Virus record (IMG/VR): IMGVR_UViG_3300021961_000122
Span: 1-56,042 of that record
Strand: one strand, 5' to 3'
Source: a virus
Taxonomy: Duplodnaviria > Caudoviricetes
DNA: 56,042 nt
The translations under genes were made by a program, and so were the position numbers. Under the pieces are notes generated by a model. That model worked only from the letters and a program-made list of their open reading frames with translations. It made no database searches and was not told where the DNA came from. The first letter of the stretch is position 1. The number at the start of each line of letters is the position of its first letter. Positions 18,362 to 31,700 of this stretch are shown here, piece by piece.

Positions 18362-19774
18362 ATGGCAACAGAACCATCCAACACCAACCCATTTTTCTTT
18401 TATGATGAACAAATCCGTCGGTTCCTCCTACAGTTCACACGGATTTTTTCAAACTTTCAAGTGGAGTATGGCAGAAACGAAGAAGGCACAGCACATACAC
18501 TAGTCCGTGTGCCAATCCGTTATGGTGATTCAAGTCGCCAAGTACAAACTATTATACAAAATAATTCAGCCAACTTCATGACATCTGTGCCCATGATGTC
18601 ATTTTATATTTCGGGACTGGACTATGATCGCCCGCGAATGCAAGAGCCTTATTTTGTTAGCAAAATAGCCGTGCGCCAACGCACGTTTGACGACAGCACA
18701 CAAACTTACGAAACCACACAAGGCAATGCGTTTACCATTGAACGACTGATGCCAGTGCCATACAAACTAACATTAAAGTTAGACATATGGACATCAAATA
18801 CCAATCAAAAGTTTCAACTGATTGAACAAATTGCGGTTCTATTCAATCCAGCATTAGAAATACAAAGCACAGACAACTATATTGACTGGACCAGTTTAAG
18901 TGTTGTACAATTAGAATCAACACAATGGACTTCTCGTTCAGTGCCAGTTGGAACTAATGACGCAATAGATGTAACAACAATGACATTTTCCCTGCCTATA
19001 TGGATCAGCAGTCCCGCAAAAGTTAAAAAGCTGGGCGTGGTAGAACGCATTATTGCCAGCATTTATGATGCTAATGGTGACGCGGCTAACGCGGTGTTGG
19101 ACAATGATCTGCTGTTGGGTACACGAATGGTTATTACACCGTGGGATTATCAAACACTACTAATTGGTAATAAACTACAGGCTCTGCGTCCCAGTGCTGT
19201 TATTGATGAGCCTAATTCCAGTTTAGCACCACCTGACTCCCCGCAGAGCAATTTGCTATGGACAGCACTAATAGGTGCTTATGGTGTGCTGCGTCCGGGC
19301 ATTAGTCAAGTATTTTTAGAGCAAACAGATGGTACAGAAGTTGCAGGTACTGTAGCATATGACCCAAGTGATGATAGATTTTTGCTATTCACCATTGATG
19401 AAGATACTAAACCACAAAACACTCTGGCACCAGTAAGGTCTGTTATTGACCCGTTGCGCAGTGGACCCGGTGCTGGATTGCCCGCAGCAGCCGAAGGACA
19501 ACGATATTTGCTTACTGAGGCCACTGGCAGTTGGGCCGGCAATGCTGAAGCATGGCGAGGTACAGCTGGGCAGCCGTTGGTTGCCAATGCCAATGACATT
19601 ATTGAATACGCAAGTGGTTGGTGGCAAGTAGTATTTGACAACACCTCAAGCCCCGACAATGCCCAATATGTAACCAACATTACTACCAGCATCCAATACA
19701 AGTGGACTGGTGACATGTGGGTTAAGAGTTATCAAGGCCTTTATCCCGGCGGAAAGTGGCGGATAGTTTTGTGA
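18362..19774 (+). CDS. gp15: Tail sheath stabiliser/terminator with C-terminal extension
   Basis: FFYD.QIRR...QF..IFS, VPI.YG, PVPY.L...L.IW, Q..EQI...FNP motifs. Confidence 0.85.
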   Translation: MATEPSNTNPFFFYDEQIRRFLLQFTRIFSNFQVEYGRNEEGTAHTLVRVPIRYGDSSRQVQTIIQNNSANFMTSVPMMSFYISGLDYDRPRMQEPYFVSKIAVRQRTFDDSTQTYETTQGNAFTIERLMPVPYKLTLKLDIWTSNTNQKFQLIEQIAVLFNPALEIQSTDNYIDWTSLSVVQLESTQWTSRSVPVGTNDAIDVTTMTFSLPIWISSPAKVKKLGVVERIIASIYDANGDAANAVLDNDLLLGTRMVITPWDYQTLLIGNKLQALRPSAVIDEPNSSLAPPDSPQSNLLWTALIGAYGVLRPGISQVFLEQTDGTEVAGTVAYDPSDDRFLLFTIDEDTKPQNTLAPVRSVIDPLRSGPGAGLPAAAEGQRYLLTEATGSWAGNAEAWRGTAGQPLVANANDIIEYASGWWQVVFDNTSSPDNAQYVTNITTSIQYKWTGDMWVKSYQGLYPGGKWRIVL

Positions 19775-20187
19775 TGGCAGTGGGCGTTTGGTTCTACAGC
19801 GTTAGCACCCAGCGATACTTGTATCTATTACGCAACGACACACGTCATCCTGATTCGTGGGGCCTGCCCGGAGGCAAAGTTGATTCACACGAAAGCCTTA
19901 TGGAAGCAATGACTCGCGAGTGCGAAGAAGAATTGGGTATGATGCCTGAATACATAAAATTGGTTCCCATAGAAAAATTCACCAGCGCCGACGGTGGTTT
20001 TTCTTATCACACGTTTTTTTGCAGCGTAGCCGATGAATTTACTCCACGGTTAAACAACGAGCACATTGGTTGGGCGTGGATTGCCAGTGGCACGTGGCCC
20101 AAGCCCATGCATCCGGGACTATGGTCAACTGTGAATTTTGATGCTGTGCGCGGTAAGATGTCAACTATCGAAAACAGTATTACCTAA
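19774..20187 (+). CDS. Nudix hydrolase
   Basis: Nudix box WGLPGGKVDSHESLMEAMTRECEEELG. The ATG at 19774 overlaps the gp15 TGA. Confidence 0.85.
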   Translation: MAVGVWFYSVSTQRYLYLLRNDTRHPDSWGLPGGKVDSHESLMEAMTRECEEELGMMPEYIKLVPIEKFTSADGGFSYHTFFCSVADEFTPRLNNEHIGWAWIASGTWPKPMHPGLWSTVNFDAVRGKMSTIENSIT

Positions 20188-20848
20188 CGTCACATTGGGT
20201 AACAAAAGTTCGAAAATCTACACATTCAACATTGGGGTGTTTGCGCCACTCTACAGGCATAAGGGTTTTTTCCCCGACTAATACAAACTTAACTGTGTCA
20301 AATGCCCCAATAACAGAGTTTACATGCGCTTTCCATTCGCTTACAGTACCAGTGGCAAGATTGTTATAACCTAACATGTAAATTTCTTTGTGCCCATCAA
20401 ACGCAGCCAACCATAAAATAAGTGCTTCCAGTGCCATGAGCGTGTTGTAAGGTATAAGATAAAACTGCCCGGGATTGACCAAACAGTTCCGCGTGGTAGT
20501 GTAAACAATGTTGTCATCAGAGTAGCGGCGGTCAAGTATGTCTTTGAGTATGTCTTTGTTGATTTCTACAGCAAAGTCCAGGCGCATTTCTTTTGTTATG
20601 GATCCAAGGCCGTATGTTTGTAGTTTTTTTGAGCCTAACAACCCACCTTTGTGTCGCTGTAAGCGTGTATAATCAAAACGATACTTGTCAACATTGCTGG
20701 CAATACAAGCAGCGCGGCCACTGATATGTTGGTTGTCAATAGGATTGTCAACCCACTCGCGATTTTGCGTCTTTACGCCACCGCTCCATTTGCTTTCAGT
20801 GATAACAAACTCGCCTTCGTAGTCACTACGATACTGTGCTTTGATCAT
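20180..20848 (-). CDS. Maf/GT29-like fold protein (degenerate paralog of 34322..34909)
   Basis: LAAFDGHKEIYMLGY and RAACIAS patterns parallel the 34322..34909 protein. Confidence 0.45.
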   Translation of the reverse strand: MIKAQYRSDYEGEFVITESKWSGGVKTQNREWVDNPIDNQHISGRAACIASNVDKYRFDYTRLQRHKGGLLGSKKLQTYGLGSITKEMRLDFAVEINKDILKDILDRRYSDDNIVYTTTRNCLVNPGQFYLIPYNTLMALEALILWLAAFDGHKEIYMLGYNNLATGTVSEWKAHVNSVIGAFDTVKFVLVGEKTLMPVEWRKHPNVECVDFRTFVTQCDVR

Positions 20849-22608
20849 TATAGTACTAATACTTCAATAATCTTGCCATCGCCGCTACTATTTTCTAGGG
20901 CAATAGCAAAAGTGTTATCAACACCAGCTGGCTGTTGTGCAGATGCGCACCATGCTTCGCCATTATTTCCTGCTACCAGTCTGTCACCTTTGCTAATTGT
21001 ACCACTTACCTTGCAAGGTACACGACCTTTTAAAGCAATGTATGTACCTCCAGCCAAATCCATATTCATCATGAACGCTGGTTTTGTAGAAACTACACCA
21101 ATAGCACGTTGCCCAGATTGAGCAGCAGTGACTTCTTTTTCTCCGCCAATTGCAACTACGGTACCAGCAGGATAATTCTGATCTGCTAGATATTTTTCTG
21201 CCAAGTCAGCGTATTTTGCTGAAGTAGCAACACCAACAAATGATGTGCCAGTTACTGTACTACTTGCACTGATTGCAGCAAAGTTTGCCGTACCAGTAAA
21301 CGTTGGGCTTGCGCTCAATACAGTTGAGCCAGTACCTGTGCTTGTTGTTGTGCCAGTCCCGCCATATGCGACAGCAACTGTAGTAGCATTCCAAGTACCA
21401 CCAGTTAATGTACCAACTGATGTGATATTGGTTTGTGCTGCTGTGGCCAATGTACCAGTGATATTAGTACCACTTACGTTACCAGCACTTACGTTACCTG
21501 TAACTGCCAATGATGTTAGTGTACCAACACTTGTAATGTTAGCTTGTGCAGCGCCACTTACTGTGGCAGCATAACCAGTTGTGTTTTGGTTCAATGTAGC
21601 AACACGAGCAGCCGCAATAGTGCCTGAACTGATATTACTACCATTTAAGTTAGTTAAACTTGCACCTGAACCAGTAAACAATGTTGCTGAAACATTACCA
21701 GCAGCTACGTTGCCAGTAACAGTTAAACTACCTAATGTACCAACTGATGTGACATTTGGCTGTGCTGCTGTGGCCAATGTACCAGTGATATTAGTACCAC
21801 TTACGTTACCAGCACTTACGTTACCAGTAGCGCTAATTAAACCAGTTGTTAAAATATTACCACCAGAAATATTACCAGAAAGGTCAATACCAGTACCAGT
21901 TTCAGTAACTACAGGTGCACTGTTAACAGTAAGTCCTGTTTCGGTTGCGCCTACTGTAATGCTACCCATGTGTATAGTGCTGTTTGACAGCCAAAGATCG
22001 TTCCAACGCAAGCTGGTTGATCCCAAATCATAAGTTACATTGGCTGTTGGCAAAAGAGCGCCGGCAGATGATACACCAGCAGAACTAACAATACCTAAAG
22101 TGACAATGTTACCACCAGTAACGTTGCCAGTGGCACTTATGGCCCCTGTGGTTAAAATATCAGTACTTACGGTACCACTTGAGAGATAATTAGCTACCTG
22201 AGTATTTCCATAAGCGCCACCACCACTGTTTGGCTCAAATGTTAAAGCTGTTGTACCAATATCAATTGGGTTGTTGGTTGTTAATTTCCATTGTGTGTCA
22301 GCATAGGTAGTACCTTCGGTGACCATAACAATCATACCAGCTTGAACTTCGCCGTCTTGATCGCTGTCGCTGGTGCGTACCCAAGTACCGTCAGAACCCA
22401 CGCCCAGCACTGATACTTTGTAAATGCCGTTTTCACTGCCAGTTGTTTGGCCAGTTACTAAAACTCGATCGCCTGTGGACAGCGAAACACCGTCAACACT
22501 AGCAGGTGCACCCCCAACTAGTGTGACATTAGAAACAGTGATTACACGAGTAGCTTGTTTATAATCAATGTCAAATATTTGCGAGGCACGTGGTTTGGTT
22601 AATCCCAT
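20848..22608 (-). CDS. Tail fibre/spike protein with C-terminal intramolecular-chaperone-like domain
   Basis: G/T/N-rich repeats; AKYADLAEKY...GVVST.P..MMN...IALKGRVPCKV.G.I.KGD.L (peptidase G2/IMC-like). Confidence 0.75.
   Translation of the reverse strand: MGLTKPRASQIFDIDYKQATRVITVSNVTLVGGAPASVDGVSLSTGDRVLVTGQTTGSENGIYKVSVLGVGSDGTWVRTSDSDQDGEVQAGMIVMVTEGTTYADTQWKLTTNNPIDIGTTALTFEPNSGGGAYGNTQVANYLSSGTVSTDILTTGAISATGNVTGGNIVTLGIVSSAGVSSAGALLPTANVTYDLGSTSLRWNDLWLSNSTIHMGSITVGATETGLTVNSAPVVTETGTGIDLSGNISGGNILTTGLISATGNVSAGNVSGTNITGTLATAAQPNVTSVGTLGSLTVTGNVAAGNVSATLFTGSGASLTNLNGSNISSGTIAAARVATLNQNTTGYAATVSGAAQANITSVGTLTSLAVTGNVSAGNVSGTNITGTLATAAQTNITSVGTLTGGTWNATTVAVAYGGTGTTTSTGTGSTVLSASPTFTGTANFAAISASSTVTGTSFVGVATSAKYADLAEKYLADQNYPAGTVVAIGGEKEVTAAQSGQRAIGVVSTKPAFMMNMDLAGGTYIALKGRVPCKVSGTISKGDRLVAGNNGEAWCASAQQPAGVDNTFAIALENSSGDGKIIEVLVL
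21434..21825. repeat. 65-nt exact direct repeat within the fibre gene (21434-21498 and 21761-21825)
   Basis: tgtgctgctgtggccaatgtaccagtgatattagtaccacttacgttaccagcacttacgttacc occurs twice. Confidence 0.85.
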
Positions 22609-22629
22609 AGTTTTTCCGTTTGTTCGCTA

Positions 22630-22635
22630 TATTTA
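22630..22635 (-). promoter_or_regulatory. Late promoter (TAAATA)
   Basis: ggcTAAATAt just downstream of the terminator. Confidence 0.55.
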
Positions 22636-22638
22636 GCC

Positions 22639-22666
22639 AAAAGAATAGGACCGAAGTCCTATTCTT
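22639..22666 (-). terminator. Intrinsic terminator with TTCG loop
   Basis: Minus strand reads AAGAATAGGAC-TTCG-GTCCTATTCTT-TT. A second hairpin lies at 22673-22696. Confidence 0.8.
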
Positions 22667-22702
22667 AGGAGCATACTGGCAGTTGCCCGCCAGTATACGT
22701 TT

Positions 22703-25700
22703 TTAGAAGCGTCCTACGACAACTTCAATTACGCCTGCACCTTCATGGTCAGCTAGAGCTTTACCAATAATTGTACCAGGTTTGGGGTTAGCTTCAGCAC
22801 GGGCTGCACCGTTACCGGCAGCAACCATCAAGTCACCTTTACGTACTGTTCCAACTACCTTACATGGTACACGACCAGTAAACGCTACAGTAACTACGTG
22901 AGCAGCAGCTAATTCACTGTTCATGGTGTAAGCAGGATGTGTAGAAACTACACCAGCAACACGCGAGCACATGTCGTGATCGCAAACAGTAACTTCAGCA
23001 CTACCACCAAACTCAACCACTGTACCAGGTTCGTAACTTGCGTCACCTGCATAGTTCTCTGCCAAGTCAGCGTATTGAGCCGATGTTGCCACACCAATGA
23101 ATGATGTACCAGTTACTGTACCACTTGCACTGATTGCGCCTGTAACATTCAAACCACCTGTATGGAATACGCCAACATTATTGGTTCCACCAATTGTAAC
23201 GTTAGCATTGCCACCAGCTGACTGAATGTCAATTGTGGTTGTACCGTTTTGGATGCGATCGCCTAGAATGTTTCCACTCAATGTAGCGTTACCAGTAACT
23301 GTTAAGTCACCAGCAATTTCAACACCAGTACCGTATATGGTAGCAACTGTAGTGCCATTAACATTAGCACGGATGTTACCATTACTAGCAATAACTGCCA
23401 AGCTACTTGTGCCATTAGCAATAGTTGTTGTGTCAACTGAAGCTGAGTCAATTGTAGCAGGTGTAGTGCCATCATTTTCAAAGAATCCGATTTGTCCACC
23501 GGTGTCTTTAATCTTGATACTGCCCAACGAAATAGTGTTACCAGCTAGATACAACTGATTCCAACGTAGTGTGTCAGAACCAAGGTTGTATGTTACATTG
23601 GCCACTGGAAGTATGTTACCTGTGATATCAACATTGCCACCTGTGGGTGTCGAAACTTTAGCAGTTGCACCACTATTCTGAATAGCAGAAACAGTAGTTG
23701 TTGTTGTCAAGATGCGGCAGTCAATAACGTCGCCGATAGCCGGAGCTTCAGTGAATGTTATTGTTGTGCCAGAAACAGCATACGCAGTTACTGGAATCTG
23801 TTGAACACCGTTGATAGCAACGATTGTACCGGCTGTTGTGGATTCTTGGCTGAGCGTAAACGCTACAGTAGAACCATCACCACTGAACTGATCATCTGTG
23901 ATAACTGTGATTTCTTGCTGACCAACTGGAGTCCACTCACTGTTAGTGTCAAACACCTCCATGGAGTTGATCTCACTGTTGAAACGCAACATACCTGTTA
24001 CACCAGTTGGACGCTGTGATGTGTTACCAACAGGAGCTAGGAACGATGTTGTAGCATTCAGCGCAAGTACAGCACCTGTAGTTTGTGTAGCACTACCGAT
24101 ACTAACTGACTCTGTGCCAGCATCAACAAAGAAGATGTTTGCAGTTGTGTCACCGTTAACAGCAAAGTTAACATCGCCGAGTGCGCCATTGATTGTAACT
24201 ACACCGTTTAGGCCAGTAATGTCATCAGCTTGTACAACAATGTTACCAAATGTACCAGAACCAGCTGTAGAAATATTACCACCTGTAATGTTACCAGTAG
24301 CACTCATTGTACCACTTGTAGCAACGTTACCCACTGTAGCAGTACCAGTTGAGCTAATTGTACCACCTGTAGCCAAGTTACCACCAGTGATTGTGTTGCT
24401 AGATGTAATAGTACCTGTAGCACTTACTGTACCAGCTGTAGCGACGTTACCACCAGTAATAGTGCCAGTAGCACTCATTGTACCACCAGAGTTAACAGCG
24501 GTAGCACCAGTTACTGTACCAGTTACACTAACACTACTACCTTCGATAGCACCAGATGTAATTAAATTGCCACCTGTTACATTACCTGTAGCACTTACAG
24601 TACCGGCTGTAGCAACATTACCAACTGTTGCAGTACCTGTTGAACTGATTGTACCACCAGTTGCTAAGTTACCACCTGTAATTGTGCTAGTAGCACTTAC
24701 TACGCCACCAGTTAGAACATTACCACCTGTTACATTACCTGTAGCACTTACAGTACCACCTGTAGCAACATTACCAAATGTACCTGTGCCAGTAGCACTT
24801 ACAGTACCACCTGTAGCCAAATTGCCACCAGTGATTGTAGCATCAGATGTGATTGTACCAGTAGAACTGATTGTACCACCTGTAGCCAAATTGCCACCAG
24901 TGATTGTGTTGCTAGATGTAATAGTACCTGTAGCACTTACTGTACCACCTGTAGCAACGTTGCCACCAGTAATAGTGCCAGTAGCACTCATTGTACTTGT
25001 AGAATTAACAACGCCACCTGTTACTGTACCGGTTGTAGAAATAAATCCAGAACCAGCATTAACATTACCTAACGTAGCAGTTCCTGTTGAACTTACAGTA
25101 CCAGCAGTAGCTAAGTTACCACCAGTAATTGTGCCAGTAGCACTTACAGTACCACCTGTAGCAACGTTACCTAGTGTGGCTGTACCAGTAGAACTGATTG
25201 TACCACCTGTAGCCAAATTGCCACCAGTGATTGTACCAGTTGTACTTAGACTTGTACCAGTCGCATCACCAATGTTAGGTGTTGTCAATTGAGCACTGTC
25301 TTTAACAACAACAGCATCACCAACAATAGCAGTTGTGATGTTGTCAACGTTAACGCTGAATGTTGTGCCTGTTAAGTCTAGACCAGCACCAGCAGTATAT
25401 TGACCAGCACCCGAGAACTGTTGGAATGTGATGTCTGTAGAACCAACTGTTACTGGAGAATCTGTTGTACATACCCAACCTGTATCAGCATTTGTTGTGC
25501 CTGTTTCAATGAATGTAAACGCACCAGGGAATTCACCACTTGGCGAGCCATTATCCATATCTGTTGCACGAGTCAACACAAACGCAGCAGCAATGCCACC
25601 TGGATTGGTAACAACATAGATACCGTTATGAGGAGCGTTTCCACCTGTTTCGTTCTTAATCAACACGCGAGCGCCTGTTGTGGGGCTTACGCCATCCATT

Positions 25701-28700
25701 GTCAATGCGCCAACACTATTAGCAGTAATTGTAGCACCTACACCCGCTGTACCGTTGGAGTATGTGTTTGATGGCAATGCACTAGTTGTAGCAGATACGC
25801 AACTGGCTTTGATATCAAGACCTTGCGCAACTGAGTCAACATAGAACTTGGTAGCAGCATCTTGTGCGTTAACTGGATCAGCAACATTAGTAATGTTGGT
25901 TGAACTAGCACTAACACTTGTACCAGCCAATGTAATTACACCAGCGGATGTAATAGATACTGTGGAACCTTGAACATTTGTAGTATTAACATTACCAGCA
26001 CTAACATTACCTGTAGCACTCATTGAGCCACTGGTTAGAACGTTACCGCCTGTTACATTACCTGTAGCACTTACTTCGCCAGTAGTGTAAACATTACCAA
26101 ATGTACCGTTACCAGTAGCACTTACTGTACCAGTTGTAGCAACGTTACCAACTGTAGCAGTACCAGTAGAACTGATTGTACCGCCTGTAGCAAGATTACC
26201 ACCAGTGATTGTGCCAGTAGCACTCATTGTAGTTGTGGAGTTAACGCCTGCACCTGTTACAGTACCACCAGCACTTACTGTACCAGCAGTAGATACGTTA
26301 CCAACTGTAGCAGTACCAGTAGAACTTAATGTACCACCAGAAACAACAGCAGTAGCACCTGTTACTGTACCAGTTACACTTACATTTGCACCAGTGATAT
26401 TGCCAGCAGTAGCAACATTACCAAAAGTACCTGTACCAGTAGCACTTACTGTACCAGCAGTAGCAATATTACCACCTGTGATTGTACCAACAGCACTCAT
26501 TGTGGTTGTGGAGTTAACAACGCCACCTGTTACTGTACCAGTTGTAGAAATAGCACCAGAACCAGCGTCTAAACTAGTAACTGTGGCTGCACCACCAGTT
26601 ACTGTACCAGCAGTAGACAAGTTACCACCTGTGATTGTACCAGTAGCACTCATTGTATCACCGGAATTAACAGCAGTACCACCTGTTACTGTACCAGTTG
26701 TAGAAATAAATCCAGTACTTGCAACATTACCTAGTGTTGCTGTACCTGTTGAACTGATTGTACCACCGGTTGCTAAGTTACCACCAGTAATAGTACCAGC
26801 AGCACTCATTGTTGTGCCTGAGTTAACAGTACCACCTGTGATTGTACTGGTAGCACTTACTATGCCGCCAGTTAGAACATTACCACCTGTTACATTACCT
26901 GTAGCACTTACAGTACCGGCTGTAGCAACGTTACCAAAAGTACCTGTGCCAGTAGCACTCATTGTACTTGTAGAGTTAACACCACCACCTGTGATTGTGC
27001 TTGTAGCACTTACTGTACCAGCAGTAGCAACGTTACCTAGTGTGGCTGTACCAGTAGAACTGATTGTACCACCTGTGGCCAAATTGCCACCAGTGATTGT
27101 GTTGTCAGATGTAATAGTACCTGTAGCACTTACTGTACCAGCAGTAGCAATATTACCACCTGTGATTGTACCAACAGCACTCATTGTGGTTGTGGAGTTA
27201 ACACCTGCACCAGTTACAGTAGTTGTAGCACTTATTGCACCGGTAGAGTTAACAGTACCACCTGTTACTGTACCACTTGTGGACATAAATCCGGTACTAG
27301 CAATATTGCCACCAGTAATTGTACCAGTTGTACTTAAAGTTTGACTTGTGGTATTTCCAGTTAAACTAATGTCGTGTAGTACAGCACCAGTTTTAACTAC
27401 AACAGCGTCAGCAACAATAGCAGTTGTGACATCGTCAACGTTAACACTGAATGTTGTACCTGTTAGAGCCAAGCCGTCGCCAGCAGTATACTGACCAGCA
27501 CCCGAGAACTGTGTCCAAATAATAGGATCAGTGCCGATTGTGCTTACGTCTTCAGTTTGTACCCAACCAGTGTCGCCTTGTGTTGTACCGTTTTGTACGA
27601 ACACAAATGTACCAGAGTTGATTTCAAGCGGTTGATCAGCGTCTGTGGAACGTGTCAGTGTTGTGGAGTTGGTGTATACATAGATACCGTTTTGTACATT
27701 ATTTGCCTGATTCTTAACCAAAACACGGCGACCAACAGTAGCAATCGAAGCACCGTCAATGCTGGTATATGTACCAGTTGTAGTCAGTGTAGCACCTACG
27801 CCAGCAGTACCGTTGTTGTATGTAACTGTACCACCTGAAGCTGCATCTAGCGTGCCTGTTGTGGCTGCATAAACAGCAGTTTTAATAATTAGACCTTGTG
27901 CAACTGAGTCAACATACGCTTTGGTAGCAGCGTCTTGTGCGTTAACTGGATCAGCCAAGTTAATGATATTAACGTTTCCAAGACTGACATTACCAGGAGC
28001 AGTCAATGTGATTGCGCCAGCTGATTCAAGTGTAAGACTTGGAGAACCATAGATGTAATCAGTTAAAACGTTTCCAGCACTAACATTACCAGTTGTAGCA
28101 ATGCTACCAGAACCAGCACTTAAATTGCCACCTGTTACATTACCTGTAGCACTTACTACGCCAGTAGTTAGTAGGTTAGCACCAGTTACATTACCACCAG
28201 CACTTACTGTACCGCTAGTAGATACATTACCTAATGTGGCTGTACCAGTTGAACTGAGTGTACCACCAGAAACAACAGCAGTAGCACCTGTTACTGTGCC
28301 AGTTACACTAACACTTGCACCTGTGATAGCACCACTTGTAACCAAATTACCACCGGTAATTGTACTTGTGGCACTGATTGTGCCTTCTGTGTCAATATTG
28401 CCGCCAGTAATATTACCAGTAGCACTAACTGCACCATTTGAATTAACAGTACCACCTGTTACTGTACCAGTTGTAGAAATAAATCCAGTACTTGCGACGT
28501 TACCTAGTGTAGCTGTGCCAGTAGAACTTACAGTACCACCTGTAGCTAAATTACCACCAGTAACTGTGCCAGTAGCACTTACAGTACCAGCAGTAGCAAC
28601 ATTACCACCTGTGATAGTACCAACAGCACTCATTGTGGTTGTGGAGTTAACAGCACCGCCTGTGACTGTGCCAGTAGCACTTACAGTACCACCTGTAGCA

Positions 28701-31700
28701 ACATTACCAACAGTGGCTGTGCCTACAGCACTCATTGTACCACCTGAGTTAACAGCAGTATCACCTGTTACTGTACCAGTTGTAGAAATAAATCCAGTAC
28801 TAGCAACGTTACCGAGTGTAGCTGTGCCAGTAGAACTGATTGCACCAGCAGTTGTTAAGTTACCACCTGTTACATTACCAGTAGCACTTACTGTGCCACC
28901 TGTAGCAACATTACCACCTGTGATAGTGCCAGCAGCACTCATTGTGGTTGTGGAGTTAACAGCACCGCCTGTAACTGTGCCTGTGGCACTCATTAAACCA
29001 GCAGTTAGAACATTACCACCAGTTACGTTACCTGTAGCACTTACAGTACCACCTGTTGCGACGTTACCAACAGTGGCTGTACCTACAGCACTCATTGTGC
29101 CGCCTGAGTTAACAGCAGTATCGCCTGTTACTGTACCAGTTGTAGAAATAAATCCACTACTAGCAACGTTACCCAATGTAGCTGTGCCAGTAGAACTGAT
29201 TGCCCCAGCAGTTGTTAAGTTACCGCCTGATACGTTGCCTGTGGCATTTACTGTACCACCTGTTGACACGTTACCAAAAGTACCTGTACCAGTAGCACTT
29301 ACAGTACCACCTGTAGCCAAATTGCCACCAGTAACTGTGCCAGTAGCACTCATTAAACCAGCAGTTAGAACATTACCACCAGTTACGTTACCTGTAGCAC
29401 TTACAGTACCACCTGTAGCCACGTTACCCAATGTGGCTGTACCTGTAGCACTTACTGTGCCGCCGGTAGCCAAGTTGCCACCAGTGATTGTGCCTGTCGA
29501 ACTTACAGTACCACCTGTGGCTAAATTGCCAGCAGTGGCTGTACCAGTTAGGCTTAAACTTGTACCTGTAGCAGTTCCAATGTTAGGATTGGTCAATTGA
29601 GCGCCATCTTTAACAACAACAGCATCGCCAACAATAGCAGTTGTAACGTTGTCAACGTTAACACTGAATACTGTACCTGTTAGATCTAGGCCGTCGCCTG
29701 CTGTGTATTGACCAGCACCTGAGAATTGTGTCCAGTTAATAGCTGTTACACCAATTGTACCACCCGAATCGGATGTACATACCCAGCCTGTGTCAGCGTA
29801 TGTGGAACCTTGTTCAACGAATGTAAACGCACCAGGAACTTGGGCCCACGTATCCATATCAGAAGAACGTGTCCAAGCACCAGAAGCTACATCATAGATA
29901 CCGTTATCTGCGGCGTTGGTTTGATTTTTAACCAAAACACGATCGCCAGCAATCAATGTTGTAACACCGTCAATGGTTTGTATACCACTGAGTGTGATGT
30001 TAGTTGTAGTGGCTGCAACTACAGATGCTTTTAGGTCAAGACCTTGAGCAACTGAATCAACATAACCTTTGTTGGCAGCGTCTGTATCGGTTGTAGGTGT
30101 AGCAACATTAGTAATACGAGAACTACTTACATCAACTGTACCTGTACCGTTGGGTACTAACACAACACTGGAATCAACGCCTTGTGCTGTGATTGTAACA
30201 CCAGTGGAACCAAACATAAAGCCTGTATTAAGATTGCCGCCCGAAATGTTACCAGTAGCACTCATCAAGCCAGTAGTTAGGAAGTTTGCACCAGTTACAT
30301 TACCTGTAGCACTTACTACGCCAGCAGTTAGAACATTACCACCAGTAACATTACCAGTAGCACTTACAGTACCAGCTGTAGCCACGTTACCTAGTGTGGC
30401 TGTACCTGTAGAACTTAATGTGCCACCAGAAACAACAGCAGTAGCACCTGTTACTGTACCAGTTACACTAACACTACTACCTGTAATAGCACCAGATGTA
30501 ATTAAATTGCCACCAGTTACGTTACCTGTAGCACTTACACTACCGCCTGTGGCTAAATTACCAACAGTGGCTGTACCTGTAGCACTTACTGTACCACCTG
30601 TAGCCAAATTGCCACCTGTTACTGTGCCGGTAGCACTTACTGTACCACCTGTGGCTAAATTACCAACAGTAGCAGTACCTGTAGCACTTACTGTGCCACC
30701 AGTAGCAACATTACCAAATGTACCTGTGCCAGTAGCACTTACAGTACCACCAGTTGCCAAGTTACCGCCTGTGATTGTATTGTCAGATGTAATTGTACCA
30801 GTAGCACTCATTGTGCCGCCAGTAGCAACATTACCAAATGTACCTGTACCAGTAGCACTTACTGTACCAGTTGTAGCAACATTACCAACAGTAGCAGTTC
30901 CGGTTGCACTTACAGTACCACCTGTAGCCAAATTGCCACCAGTGATTGTGCCAGTAGCACTTACTGTACCACCTGTGGCTACGTTACCAACAGTGGCTGT
31001 ACCAGTTGAACTTAATGTACCGTTGGACGCTAGGTTGCCGGCAGTAACTGTGCCTGTAACATTCAAAGGACTAGTTACATTGCCTGTTAAACTTAGTGTG
31101 CCGGCACCTAAATTGCCGCTGATTGTAACATCGTCGTTCAAGCTAACTTGAATGTTTGCTTGTACGTTACTAATTGCGGGGAAAACAGTTAATGTTATGT
31201 TGGTGTCGCCTTCATAACCAATGGTATCACCAGCTTCAATTGCTGCACTATCAACGCCGTCGGTAATAGTAAAGCCAGCGGCACTGACTGCGCTGTCTAC
31301 GTAATCTTTGGTAGCTGCATCTTGAGCACTAACTGGATCGGCAACGTTGCCTAACCTGTTAAGACCAAAGTCTAATGTAGATGATGCGGCTACATTAATG
31401 CCGCTAACGTTACTGGCACCAGTGACACGTAGATCACCTGTTACTTCAGAATTTAATACTTTTACACTAGCGTAACTGTCAATTGTAACAGTTGTGTTAG
31501 TTTCAGTAGTGCTTGTAAATACTGTTACAAACAAACCTTGACTTTCATCCCATACAAACGCTACGTTTGTTGATGTACCACGTTGACCTAGAAAACCAAT
31601 GTCAACTGCTGGTGCACCTGTTTGTGTTGACGCTAACAAAATAACCGGATCTTCAATGGTTGTAATGTTAGTGTCAATTGCGGTGGTATTACCTTGAACT

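Noticed and set aside
21245-31151. Long + strand ORFs (e.g. 23946..25292, 26205..27344, 28101..29600, 30069..31151)
   Set aside because: Antisense shadows of the Gly/Thr-repeat fibre genes, giving low-complexity P/V/A/L translations.
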